NCBI GenBank assembly: GCA_964642615.1
Contig: CAZXSW010000004.1
Span: 2,210-66,209, forward strand
DNA: 64,000 bases
Direction: 5' to 3'
Origin: an uncultured Rikenellaceae bacterium
GTDB lineage: Bacteria > Bacteroidota > Bacteroidia > Bacteroidales > VadinHA17
Part shown: one piece after another, positions 30,724 through 40,436 of the stretch
How positions within the stretch are numbered: position 1 is the first letter of the stretch
Layout: every line of letters starts with the position of its first letter
Made by a program: the position numbers and the translations under genes
The notes under the pieces: generated by a model
Database searches by the model: none
Told to the model about the DNA's origin: nothing
The model's input: the letters and a program-made list of their open reading frames with translations, nothing else

Positions 30724-30823
30724 ATGAAACCAACATGATTGAACCAAATCGCAAACACGTATGATTCTTATTCATTATCAAGCATTTGTGGCTCCATCCA
30801 ACCTTTAAATAAACTATATACGG
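30724..30823 (+). repeat. Dispersed imperfect-palindrome element, copy A, abutting the sensor kinase ATG
   Basis: Manual alignment: 87/100 matches plus a 2-nt gap to the reverse complement of 41463-41564. Confidence 0.9.
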
Positions 30824-32239
30824 ATGAAAAAAAGAAATACCATCCTGATTTCCGGAGTGATTTCGATAGTTATCCTGATCTCTGTTCAGATCATAATAAT
30901 AAGCGGCGTATGGCAACAGAAGGATGAAATGTTCAATCTACGGTACAGGTTGTATTCTCAGGACGCCATGGAGAGCCTTGAAAGAAGATGGGGTACTGAC
31001 GGGTTCGACACTGCCCGTTACCTCATAAACAGTTACTCTGAATTTGCAGTTGGCGAATTTTCAGTTATCACTGATGATTCTTCAGCCGCCGAGATGAAAC
31101 GCGACGTATATGATTTTGTATTGAAAGTACTCGAGCAGGAACAGGATCTGTCTGATTTCCTTTCTTTTTATTTTGCCCGCCAGGGAGTTGAAAAAGACTT
31201 CAACCATAAGATAGTAATCAACTATCTTGAGCTTCTCGGACCGGACATCAGAATACCTATTTATATAAGCGAGGATTATCTGAGACACAGGCCGCCGGTA
31301 CCGGGCCAGGAACCGGGTTCAGTTGAGCAAAGGGAAATAACCCGGCCCTCTTCCGAGATTCTCATTAAGGGGTACAGATCTGAAGATAACCTTTACAGGC
31401 TCGACTTTGATTACTATATTGATTTCAGTGACAAGCAGAGGGTTATACTGCGTGAGACATCAGCCTCACTTATTATGAGTATCCTGAGTATAATGGTTGT
31501 GGTTGCCTTGTTTATGACAACCTACAGAAACCTGATGGAAGAAAAAAGGCTGTCGGATCTGAAAACCGACTTCATAAACAACATGACCCATGAGCTCAAG
31601 ACTCCTCTTTCGACTATTACTGTTGCCGGAAAGACACTCGAGATACCCCAGATCAGGGCCAACGACTCCAAAATTCTTGAGACGGCCAAAATGATAGGGA
31701 AACAGAGCGTTCACCTTAACCAGCTTATAAATATGATCCTCGAAATAAGCATGTGGGAAAGAACACAGTTCCAGGTTGACAGGAAGAATGTAAATATGGA
31801 TGAACTGCTTACCGACATCATCGAGAGCTTCAGGACCGGCTGCAACAACTGCGCCGAAGTGTCGGCAAATATTAACCTCCGGGATATTTATGCAGATGTT
31901 GATGTCGTTTACTTCACCACCCTGATCAACAACCTGTTGTCAAATGCAGTAAAATATTCGGACAGGGATCCGGTGATAAAGGTCGATGCCCTGGTTGAAA
32001 ACGACATCATAATGATTAAGGTGGCCGACAATGGCATAGGCATCGGCAGAAATGACCAGAAACACATTTTTGATAAATTTTACCGCGCCTCTACAGGAAA
32101 CATACATAAATTCAAAGGCCTTGGACTGGGACTGTACTACGTAAAAAAAATCGCAAATGCACACGGAGGAGATGTTACCGTTAGCAGTAAACCAGGAAAA
32201 GGTAGTATATTTACAATAAGTATACCTATCAAACAATGA
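30824..32239 (+). CDS. Two-component sensor histidine kinase
   Basis: Two TM helices; FINNMTHELKTPLS (H box), NNLLSNAVKY, DNGIGI, FDKFYR, GLGLGL. Confidence 0.96.
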   Translation: MKKRNTILISGVISIVILISVQIIIISGVWQQKDEMFNLRYRLYSQDAMESLERRWGTDGFDTARYLINSYSEFAVGEFSVITDDSSAAEMKRDVYDFVLKVLEQEQDLSDFLSFYFARQGVEKDFNHKIVINYLELLGPDIRIPIYISEDYLRHRPPVPGQEPGSVEQREITRPSSEILIKGYRSEDNLYRLDFDYYIDFSDKQRVILRETSASLIMSILSIMVVVALFMTTYRNLMEEKRLSDLKTDFINNMTHELKTPLSTITVAGKTLEIPQIRANDSKILETAKMIGKQSVHLNQLINMILEISMWERTQFQVDRKNVNMDELLTDIIESFRTGCNNCAEVSANINLRDIYADVDVVYFTTLINNLLSNAVKYSDRDPVIKVDALVENDIIMIKVADNGIGIGRNDQKHIFDKFYRASTGNIHKFKGLGLGLYYVKKIANAHGGDVTVSSKPGKGSIFTISIPIKQ

Positions 32240-32243
32240 CACT

Positions 32244-32954
32244 ATGAAAGTTCTTTTAGCTGAAGACGACCGCGATTTCGGGAATATTCTTTCGCAATAT
32301 GTATCAATAAGCGGATTTGATGTGGTCCTTGCCCGCAACGGGAAGGAGGCATGGGACATCTTCTCAGGCGACAAGCCCGACATCTGTGTCCTTGACGTGA
32401 TGATGCCGGAGATGGATGGATTTACACTGGCCGAGAAGATTAAGCAGGAGAAACCTGAGATGCCTGTTATATTCCTCACTGCAAAAAGTCTCAAGGAAGA
32501 TATTGTAAGGGGACTTAAGATCGGAGCCGACGATTATATAACAAAACCTTTTGATCCTGAAGTTCTTATACTCAGAATAAACAATATTCTGAAGAGGGCT
32601 TATTCTTCAGTAAATGATGAATTTAAAATTTCAGATACAACGCTTAAGTTCAACACCCTTGAGCTGATATCAGGTAACAGCAAGGAAAAACTTACACTTA
32701 AAGAAGCCCAGCTGCTTAAATACTTCATAATTAACAAGAACAAGATCCTTGCCCGCGAAGATATACTTACAGAGATATGGGGCGAGGATGATTACTTCCT
32801 TGGACGGAGTATGGATGTATTCATCAGCAGGTTAAGGAAATATATTTCAGAAGACAAGAATATTGATATCCGTACGGTAAGGGGAACAGGGTTTATCCTT
32901 GAAGAGCTTAAAAAGGAAACCCCTGCACCTGAAGATGAACAAGTTGATTCATGA
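32244..32954 (+). CDS. OmpR/PhoB-family response regulator (RprY-like)
   Basis: LAEDD, LDVMMPEMDG, FLTAK, GADDYITKPF; winged helix RSMDVFISRLRK. Confidence 0.96.
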   Translation: MKVLLAEDDRDFGNILSQYVSISGFDVVLARNGKEAWDIFSGDKPDICVLDVMMPEMDGFTLAEKIKQEKPEMPVIFLTAKSLKEDIVRGLKIGADDYITKPFDPEVLILRINNILKRAYSSVNDEFKISDTTLKFNTLELISGNSKEKLTLKEAQLLKYFIINKNKILAREDILTEIWGEDDYFLGRSMDVFISRLRKYISEDKNIDIRTVRGTGFILEELKKETPAPEDEQVDS

Positions 32955-32995
32955 TTCCGGCACAGGGGCTTTATACTTTTCAGGCTGTAAAGTTA

Positions 32996-34099
32996 TTACT
33001 GATTGCCCAGTACTTCTTTTACCCTGTTATAAAGATCCTGGCCCCGGAGGTTCCTTGCAACTATAACACCGTTTTCATCAAGCAGGAAGCTGGCAGGTAT
33101 TGCATTCACTGCATATAGTTTTGCAGCTGTACTGTTCCAGTACTGGAGATCCGACACATGGGTCCAGGTCAGCTTATCGTCAGAAATGGCCATCAGCCAT
33201 TCTTCACGGGTCCTGTCGAGAGAAACCCCGAATACATCGAAACCCTTCTTGTTGAACTCATTGTATACTTTAACAATATTAGGATTCTCCTGTCTGCATG
33301 GTCCGCACCAGCCTGCCCAGAAATCGACAAGCAGCAGCTTTGAGCCCACCTTTGAAGATAGTGAAACAGGGTTTCCTTCGGGATCGTTAAGGGTAAAATC
33401 AGGAGCCTTCTGGCCAACAGATACGGTTTTCATCAAGGTCACTTTATCTTTTAACTCCCTCATTACAGGAATATTAGATACTGCCGTATCCATAGCGTTT
33501 ATAAACGACTCTATCTCGGCCGGCTCCAGTTCATAACTGAGACCCGACAAAACAGAAGGTGCAACAAAGGAAGAAGGATTTCTCCTCAGGAAATCTTTTT
33601 CGATCTCAACAAGCTCCTTCTGAAGAGCTTCAGCATCTTTTTCAAGCTTCGACATACTTGCCGTGTCACCACGCTGACTGGCCGACTGATATTCATTATA
33701 TAGCCTGTCGTATCTTTCATTGAGGGCATTGCCTGCATCGTTATAAGCCTTGAATTCATCCTGGGTTTTTGATCCGGTAATCCTAATGTTTTCAAGTGAA
33801 TCAATCGATCCGCTTATTGAAATGTCAGAATTCTCGAGATAAAATGTCGTCCTGATCCTCGACTCCTTTGCTGTAAGCAGAACCATTTCAGGATAACTAA
33901 TGGATCCTCCCTGCATCTTAAATGAACCTTTAACTGCAAATGCAGAATCGATGGTTACTATCCTGCCTTCTTCCCTTTTCTGAAGTAGAAAGGTAATGCT
34001 GTCGGCTCCGTCTATATTGCCGGTTATCTTGTACCGGGGCTCGGTCGAACACGACACAATCAGGAGGGCTGTCATAATAACAAAAATGATCTTTTTCAT
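32996..34099 (-). CDS. TlpA/ResA-like thiol-disulfide oxidoreductase lipoprotein with N-terminal DUF4369-like domain
   Basis: Lipobox IVSC; DFWAGWCGPCR; AIPASFLLD. Confidence 0.9.
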   Translation of the reverse strand: MKKIIFVIMTALLIVSCSTEPRYKITGNIDGADSITFLLQKREEGRIVTIDSAFAVKGSFKMQGGSISYPEMVLLTAKESRIRTTFYLENSDISISGSIDSLENIRITGSKTQDEFKAYNDAGNALNERYDRLYNEYQSASQRGDTASMSKLEKDAEALQKELVEIEKDFLRRNPSSFVAPSVLSGLSYELEPAEIESFINAMDTAVSNIPVMRELKDKVTLMKTVSVGQKAPDFTLNDPEGNPVSLSSKVGSKLLLVDFWAGWCGPCRQENPNIVKVYNEFNKKGFDVFGVSLDRTREEWLMAISDDKLTWTHVSDLQYWNSTAAKLYAVNAIPASFLLDENGVIVARNLRGQDLYNRVKEVLGNQ

Positions 34100-34154
34100 T
34101 TCTTACTTTTGGATTAATAGTTAAATCTGTTATAATTTACACAAATAAAGCATA

Positions 34155-35255
34155 CTAACAATCTTTTCTTCTGACAGAATACATATCTAGCAGTTTCGAA
34201 GCAGCCTTTAAAGAGGTGATTTTCCCTTCCCTCAGTTGATCTTCGAGAAGGCTGGTCATCACGCTTATCCTTTCATCCCTGTAAAAAGAATTCTTAAGGG
34301 CTTCAATAATTGCATCATGCATCCTGATAACATCCTGTTCCTTCCTTTGTTCATCAAAAAAACCATTTTTCTTTGTGGCTTTCACGAAATCGCCTATAGT
34401 AGCAATTATCTCATCAATACCCCTGTCTTCAAGGGCTGAGCAGGCAAGCACCCTTGGATGCCATCCGGGGCGGGAGACAGGGAAAAGATTCAGAGCATTT
34501 TGAAAAGAGTGTTTTGCAAGCTCTGCTTTCCCGATGTTATCTCCGTCTGCTTTATTTATGACCACTGCATCGGCCATCTCCATGATTCCCCTTTTTATAC
34601 CCTGAAGTTCATCGCCTGTACCTGCCAGCATAAGCAGAAGGAAGAAGTCGACCATTGACCTGACAGCCGTTTCGGACTGGCCGACACCCATAGTTTCGAT
34701 TACGACAGTATCAAAACCGGCAGCTTCACAGAGCATGATGCTTTCACTTGTCCTGGCAGCCACTCCTCCCTGTGCACCTGCTGATGGTGAAGGTCTGATA
34801 AAAGCATTGGGGTCAGTGCTCAGCTTATTCATCCTTGTCTTGTCGCCCAGTATGCTGCCTCCTGAGTTCTGACTGCTGGGGTCTATTGCCAGAACGGCAA
34901 GCCTCTTTCCCGATTGAGTGAGATGAAGTCCGAAGGTCTCAATGAAAGTGCTTTTACCGGCACCTGGAATGCCGGTGATGCCAATCCTTACCGATTTTCC
35001 GCTGTGAGGCAGGCATTTCCCTATGATCTCCCGGGCTATGGCTGTATGTTCAGGGAGGTTACTCTCAATCAGGGTGATGGCTTCACTTAGTATGGTCCTG
35101 TTACCCGAAAGTATACCCTCAACATAACCGTCAGATGAATAAAGTCTTTTCTTCTTTCTGCCCTGACTGGTAAAAAGTTCCGGATTGACTGCCGGCGGAG
35201 GGTTTACTCCTTCTCTGACAGCTGGTGAAGTGCCTTCCTTTTTCCCTTTTTCCAT
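34155..35255 (-). CDS. meaB: Methylmalonyl-CoA mutase-associated GTPase
   Basis: RIGITGIPGAGKST, LAIDPSS, GDKTRM, ETMGVGQSE, GDELQGIKRG, INKAD. Confidence 0.95.
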   Translation of the reverse strand: MEKGKKEGTSPAVREGVNPPPAVNPELFTSQGRKKKRLYSSDGYVEGILSGNRTILSEAITLIESNLPEHTAIAREIIGKCLPHSGKSVRIGITGIPGAGKSTFIETFGLHLTQSGKRLAVLAIDPSSQNSGGSILGDKTRMNKLSTDPNAFIRPSPSAGAQGGVAARTSESIMLCEAAGFDTVVIETMGVGQSETAVRSMVDFFLLLMLAGTGDELQGIKRGIMEMADAVVINKADGDNIGKAELAKHSFQNALNLFPVSRPGWHPRVLACSALEDRGIDEIIATIGDFVKATKKNGFFDEQRKEQDVIRMHDAIIEALKNSFYRDERISVMTSLLEDQLREGKITSLKAASKLLDMYSVRRKDC

Positions 35256-35280
35256 TTCAACTTATGATTCTGCAAAAATA

Positions 35281-35308
35281 AGAAAAGGGTACCATATACC
35301 GGTACCCT
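35281..35308 (-). terminator. Probable terminator of the DUF1573 gene
   Basis: AGGGTACC/GGTACCCT stem with short U tract on minus. Confidence 0.55.
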
Positions 35309-35340
35309 CTTAATTCAATAATTCTATTAAGCAGGCAGAC

Positions 35341-36432
35341 TCAGTTCGAAGCTGTCTTCTGCTCAACATCGGCGTTAAGCATGAGTACAACCTCGGAGTT
35401 CCTGGGATCATTTGTATAGACATAAATGGCTTTGGTCACTTTTCCCTTGTAGGTACCTGAATTGAAGGTAGCCTTGATTGAGCTCTTCTCACCGGGCTTG
35501 ATACCGACACCCTGGCTGCCATCCTGAATGGCTGTACATCCGCATGTGGATCTGATATGTCTGATCACGAGATCACTCTTACCCTCATTGGTAAAGACAT
35601 ACTCAACATCCTTCTTTGTAGCTCCCGGCATCTTGCCCAGATCCACATTCGAGGAGGCCACTTTAAATACCGGTGCATTTGCCAGATCTTCCTTTGAAAG
35701 CTTCGAAAAATCCTCTACAAGGTTTGCCGAGACATAAAAATATTCTTTATCCTGCGACACTCCGTTGATCTTCACCCTTACCAGATCACTGAGGTTACCC
35801 CAGCCGTTGTTCTTTGTTGCATCATAGGTGCCCTGGATAATCCCTTTCTGGCCCGGCTTGAGTGTTGCGGGCTCAGCCTTGATTGAAATATGCGCGGGGA
35901 CTCTCTCAAATTCGATTGTAGCCGGAGAGTCACTATTGTTGACAATCGGCATTACCCTTATTTTCTTCTCGGTTTTTTTAACATTTGTAAAAGCAAGATG
36001 GTTGCTTTCAAACCTTACGTTGCCCACAGCAAAGGTGAACAGTTCCTCGATGGTCTTTTCCCTTGGAACCACTTCTCCCTTTATTACCAGAACGGAAAGC
36101 TCAGGTTTTGAATTAGTGTAAACAGAAAGAGTCTTGTTGAATGCTCCGGGCCTGTTTGCCGGATCATAAATAGCTGTGATCTTACCTGTTCCGTTGGGGG
36201 CAATAGGACTCTTGGTCCACTCCGGGGTTGTACAGCCGCATGAAGCTACGATGTTCTTTATTACAAGAGGCTGGTTACCTGTATTCATAACAACAAAATC
36301 GAATTTCTGCCTTCCATCCTCTTCCCTGAAAGAACCAAAATCATGATCTGTCTTCGAAAGCTTCATCACAGGCTGCGACAGAGCAATGATTCCAGGCACC
36401 ATTAACAATAAGATAAATACTATTCTTTTCAT
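35341..36432 (-). CDS. DUF1573 domain-containing exported protein
   Basis: Signal peptide; repeated Ig-like units with ASCGCT and STCGCT motifs. Confidence 0.88.
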   Translation of the reverse strand: MKRIVFILLLMVPGIIALSQPVMKLSKTDHDFGSFREEDGRQKFDFVVMNTGNQPLVIKNIVASCGCTTPEWTKSPIAPNGTGKITAIYDPANRPGAFNKTLSVYTNSKPELSVLVIKGEVVPREKTIEELFTFAVGNVRFESNHLAFTNVKKTEKKIRVMPIVNNSDSPATIEFERVPAHISIKAEPATLKPGQKGIIQGTYDATKNNGWGNLSDLVRVKINGVSQDKEYFYVSANLVEDFSKLSKEDLANAPVFKVASSNVDLGKMPGATKKDVEYVFTNEGKSDLVIRHIRSTCGCTAIQDGSQGVGIKPGEKSSIKATFNSGTYKGKVTKAIYVYTNDPRNSEVVLMLNADVEQKTASN

Positions 36433-36696
36433 ATCAACCTATTTATTTGATGAAAATATATAACTAATTTCTGCCTAAATATAATCAATAATTATTAAAC
36501 CGTTTTGATGACCTTTTGGTTGCATGTGTTCAAAACAAAAATCAGACCATTGATTAAAGACGGCAAAACCTCATATTAATAAAGTTTGGACTTTTTAATT
36601 AATTTAATTCAGAATATCTTAGTTTTGCTTCGGAACGTTCCTTGATTGGAACAGAATTTGCTCATTGGAAGATCATTAAATCCTTCAGGTACCGAC

Positions 36697-39600
36697 ATGC
36701 CGGATAGTATTAAACGACTGATATTCATAATAGTTACATGCGCTTTGTACCTAAATGCCTCGGGCCAGTTTTACAATGGTCACCAGATGGCCTTCGGGAA
36801 GAACAAAGTACAGTATTATGATTACTACTGGTCGTTTTACAGGTTCGATGACTTCGACTGTTATTTCAATGAATATGGAAAGGAGCTGGCTGAATTCACA
36901 GCCGACTATGCCCTTGAAAAAATTGACGAAATTGAGGATTTTTTTGACTATACGCTTGAAAAAAGGCTGATCTTCATCATATACAACAAGGCTGCCGAGT
37001 TTAAACAGTCAAACATAGGTCTGGTAACCTTTGATGAAGACTCGTATAACACCGGAGGCTTCAGCAGAATCATCAAGAACAAGGTCATGCTCTACTATGA
37101 AGGGGACCATGTAGCCTTCAGGAAACAGATAGCCGCGTCAATAGCCGAGGTCTTAATAAACGAGATGCTGTACAATGCCGACATGAAGGACAGGATTGCC
37201 AGCTCTTCAGTTATCAACATACCCGACTGGTATATGAAAGGACTCGTTAATTATGTTGCCTGGCAGTGGGATTTCGATGTTGACAATAAGGTCAGGGATG
37301 GCATAAAATCGGGCAAATACGACAATATAAGTCATCTTGAATATGATGACGCGGTTTATGCCGGACAGTCGTTCTGGAGATTCCTGGCAGGAAAATACGG
37401 CGACGCCATGATCCCCAACATCCTTTACCTTACAAAGATCTACAAGAATATAGACGACGGACTGCTTTATGTTCTGGGAGTAGACCTTAAAGATCTTCTT
37501 AAGGAGTGGAAAGAATATTACAGTATTGAGTATGCCGACGGTGAAACCAATCCATCTTCGGGTCAGGATTTTCTTGTGAAATCGCGAAAAGAACAGATCT
37601 ACCAGCAGGTAAGGATAAATCCCGGCGGCAACACCATTGCCTACGTTACCAACGACTGGGGAAGGAAAAAGATATGGCTGTATGACCAGGCTTCAGGCAA
37701 ACAGAAGGCTATCTTCAAAGCCGAACCACGGTTTGAACAAAAGACCGACGACACATATCCCGTTATGGCATGGCACCCCGATGGCAATATTCTGACTTTC
37801 ATAAATGAGGAAAAAGCAGGACTGGTAATATATTTTCACAGGATGCAGGAGAAAGAGACAAGCAAGCGCAACCTGCTCTATTTCGATAAGGTCCTCGACT
37901 TTTCATACTCGCCCGACGGGACACAACTTGTTTTCTCTGCAGTAAAGGATGGGATGACCGACATATTTGTCCACACACTTGCCTCTGCAACCAACGAACA
38001 GATCACAAGGGATTTTGCCGACGACCTTAACCCGTCGTACCTTGACGGACAGCCCGGGATGATAATTTTCTCCTCCAACCGCCTCAGCGATACCCTTGCA
38101 AATACTGCTAACCCTTTCGAAAGAGCAGGTCTTACTTTCGATCTGTTCACATACAACACCATCAGCGGTACAGGGGTTCTCACCAGGTTACCCGAGGAGC
38201 GTTTCATAAGCAGATACTCACCTCAGAGTACGGGGAAAAACCAGATTTCATACCTGGGAGACAAAAACGGGATACTTAACAGGTATACAGCATCGTTCGA
38301 CAGTTCAATAAGTTATATTGACACAATAACCCACTACCAGCAATTCATCCGTTCGGTACCTGTAACCGGCTACAACAGGAACATACTTAGTGTCTCGGTT
38401 TCGGAAGGAAGCGGAGAGGCGGGGGAGATTATTTTTGCCGACGACAAATATCTTGTCAGGAGCCAGCCCGGCATGGAGGCTGCGCTGAAAGGGGAAGAGA
38501 TGGCCGTGACTACGTACAGGAAGGAATGGGACGAATTTCTGCACAAGGCCGACAGCATTGAACAGATAAGACAGTGGCTTATCAGAGAGGACCAGAAGAT
38601 GAGAGACACCCTTACAAAACCTCTTTATGAGTATTACATAACAGATGAACCTATCGATATAAACCACTACATCTTCGAAAGGGAAAAACAAAATTTCTAT
38701 GATGAGCTGTGGAGAAAAGACTACATGGATATTGACCTCGATACCGGGGTGATAGATCTTCCTCTTATAAGAATCTATGAGACATCCTTTTACAACAACT
38801 ATATTGCAAACCAGATTGACTTCACCTTTCTTAATAATTCCTACCAGGTTTTCAACGGAGGAGCCCCCTACTTCAATCCGGGGATAAACCTCCTTACCCG
38901 CTTCGGAATACTTGATCTTTTTGAAGACTACAGGCTTACAGCCGGCTTCAGATTCTCGGGGAACTTCGACAGCAACGAATATCTGATCAGCCTCGAGAAC
39001 CTTAAAGGCAAATTTGACAAGCAGGCCATCTTTCACAGACAGGCCTACTACAGCTCGAACGATTCGAACCTGTTCAAATCATATACCCATAACGTATATT
39101 TATCATTTGCCAGACCACTTACCCCTGTGCTTGCACTTAAGGGAACCGTTTCTTACAGGAACGACAGGCATGTTTACCTCTCAACCGACATGCTTTCACT
39201 TAACTTGAAAGACATATCTCGTCACTGGGGCGGGTTGAAGGGAGAAGTGATTTACGACAACACCAGAAAAAGGGCAGTAAACATTTACTACGGTACAAGG
39301 TTTAAAGCCTTCGGGGAATACTACAGGAATTTTAGCTCCGCAAAGTCTGACATGATAGTACTCGGAGTCGATTTCAGAAAATATACAAGGATTCACAGGG
39401 AACTTATATGGGCTAACAGGTTTGCCGCCAGCAAATCATTCGGCCCCACAAAACTTGTCTATTACATGGGAGGTGTTGACAACTGGATGGGTTATCTCTT
39501 CAATAAGTATCCTATGTTTGATGCCTCCGTTCCGGTTAATCCCGAAGGCAACTACGGTTTTCAGGCTCTGGCAACCAATATGAGGGGATTCAGACAGAAC

Positions 39601-39972
39601 ATACGCAACGGGGAGAGCTTTGCACTTATTAACAGTGAAGTAAGATGGCCCTTTGTAAGGTACTTCGCCGGACACCCTCTTCGCTCAAACTTCCTTAACT
39701 CACTGCAGGTTGTAGGATTCGGCGATATAGGGACAGCCTGGTCGGGACGGTCACCCTGGTCGGGAGAAAATGCCTATGAAAAGGATATTATCCGCAATGG
39801 TCCTGTAACAGTAACCCTCGACTCAAACAGGATGCCTGTTGTTGCCGGTTTAGGTGCAGGCCTGAGAGCCCAGATCTTCGGCTACTTTGTAAGGGCCGAC
39901 TGGGCCTGGGGCATTGAAAACAGCTATGTAATGCCTAAGATCTTTTACCTCTCATTCAGTCTTGATTTCTGA
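36697..39972 (+). CDS. Omp85/BamA-superfamily protein with PD40 beta-propeller and degenerate peptidase-MA-like N-domain
   Basis: Signal peptide from ATG 36697; TolB-like repeats (WHPDG, YSPDG, IIFSSNR); barrel with MRGF motif and terminal Phe. Confidence 0.72.
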   Translation: MPDSIKRLIFIIVTCALYLNASGQFYNGHQMAFGKNKVQYYDYYWSFYRFDDFDCYFNEYGKELAEFTADYALEKIDEIEDFFDYTLEKRLIFIIYNKAAEFKQSNIGLVTFDEDSYNTGGFSRIIKNKVMLYYEGDHVAFRKQIAASIAEVLINEMLYNADMKDRIASSSVINIPDWYMKGLVNYVAWQWDFDVDNKVRDGIKSGKYDNISHLEYDDAVYAGQSFWRFLAGKYGDAMIPNILYLTKIYKNIDDGLLYVLGVDLKDLLKEWKEYYSIEYADGETNPSSGQDFLVKSRKEQIYQQVRINPGGNTIAYVTNDWGRKKIWLYDQASGKQKAIFKAEPRFEQKTDDTYPVMAWHPDGNILTFINEEKAGLVIYFHRMQEKETSKRNLLYFDKVLDFSYSPDGTQLVFSAVKDGMTDIFVHTLASATNEQITRDFADDLNPSYLDGQPGMIIFSSNRLSDTLANTANPFERAGLTFDLFTYNTISGTGVLTRLPEERFISRYSPQSTGKNQISYLGDKNGILNRYTASFDSSISYIDTITHYQQFIRSVPVTGYNRNILSVSVSEGSGEAGEIIFADDKYLVRSQPGMEAALKGEEMAVTTYRKEWDEFLHKADSIEQIRQWLIREDQKMRDTLTKPLYEYYITDEPIDINHYIFEREKQNFYDELWRKDYMDIDLDTGVIDLPLIRIYETSFYNNYIANQIDFTFLNNSYQVFNGGAPYFNPGINLLTRFGILDLFEDYRLTAGFRFSGNFDSNEYLISLENLKGKFDKQAIFHRQAYYSSNDSNLFKSYTHNVYLSFARPLTPVLALKGTVSYRNDRHVYLSTDMLSLNLKDISRHWGGLKGEVIYDNTRKRAVNIYYGTRFKAFGEYYRNFSSAKSDMIVLGVDFRKYTRIHRELIWANRFAASKSFGPTKLVYYMGGVDNWMGYLFNKYPMFDASVPVNPEGNYGFQALATNMRGFRQNIRNGESFALINSEVRWPFVRYFAGHPLRSNFLNSLQVVGFGDIGTAWSGRSPWSGENAYEKDIIRNGPVTVTLDSNRMPVVAGLGAGLRAQIFGYFVRADWAWGIENSYVMPKIFYLSFSLDF

Positions 39973-40209
39973 TAAACGGGAAACCGATTGACCCCTTGTC
40001 TGTCATTAATTGATTCTGGTCAGGAACCCGGGCAACAAAAGGATATTCCGTTTCCTCCGGGAACCTTATACAGGTTACTGCAATTATGGCACACTTATTG
40101 AATAAATGATAAACGTAATATTATTGATAAAGATTCTTTTTCAATTGGAAAATTTAGGGTATAATTGTACGATTATTGTAAAATGATTAATTAAAAAATA
40201 ACAGTAAAA

Positions 40210-40377
40210 ATGGCTTACAAAATTAGTGAAGACTGCACTGCTTGCGGAACCTGCATAGATGAATGTCCCGTTGAAGCAATATCAGAAGGTGACATCTATA
40301 AAATCGATCCTGACATGTGCACCGATTGTGGAGCATGTGCCGATGTATGCCCGGTTGAGGCAATTCATCCCGAATAA
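40210..40377 (+). CDS. 2[4Fe-4S] ferredoxin, 55 aa; absent from ORF track
   Basis: MAYKISEDCTACGTCIDECPVEAISEGDIYKIDPDMCTDCGACADVCPVEAIHPE*; two CxxCxxCxxxCP motifs. Confidence 0.97.
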   Translation: MAYKISEDCTACGTCIDECPVEAISEGDIYKIDPDMCTDCGACADVCPVEAIHPE

Positions 40378-40396
40378 GAGTGCATGTAAATTGAAT

Positions 40397-40436
40397 AATT
40401 TGAAGAGCCGCTGCATCTGCAGCGGCTCTTCAAATT
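40397..40436. terminator. Bidirectional terminator between ferredoxin and gldB
   Basis: 19-bp perfect inverted repeat AATTTGAAGAGCCGCTGCA-tc-TGCAGCGGCTCTTCAAATT. Confidence 0.8.

Noticed and set aside
30798-30823. CCAACC in the element tail as an ECF -35
   Set aside because: No GTC/CATC-type -10 at 16-nt spacing in either copy, and spacing differs between copies.
30722-30927. ORF-track ORFs 30739-30927 (+) and 30722-30916 (-), and the N-terminal extension of gldB to 41504
   Set aside because: These read through the non-coding repeat; the shared CGSIQPL peptide reflects the DNA duplication, not a protein.
38305-39036. 243-aa minus-strand ORF
   Set aside because: Lies wholly antisense to the Omp85 gene and has no recognisable motif; shadow ORF.
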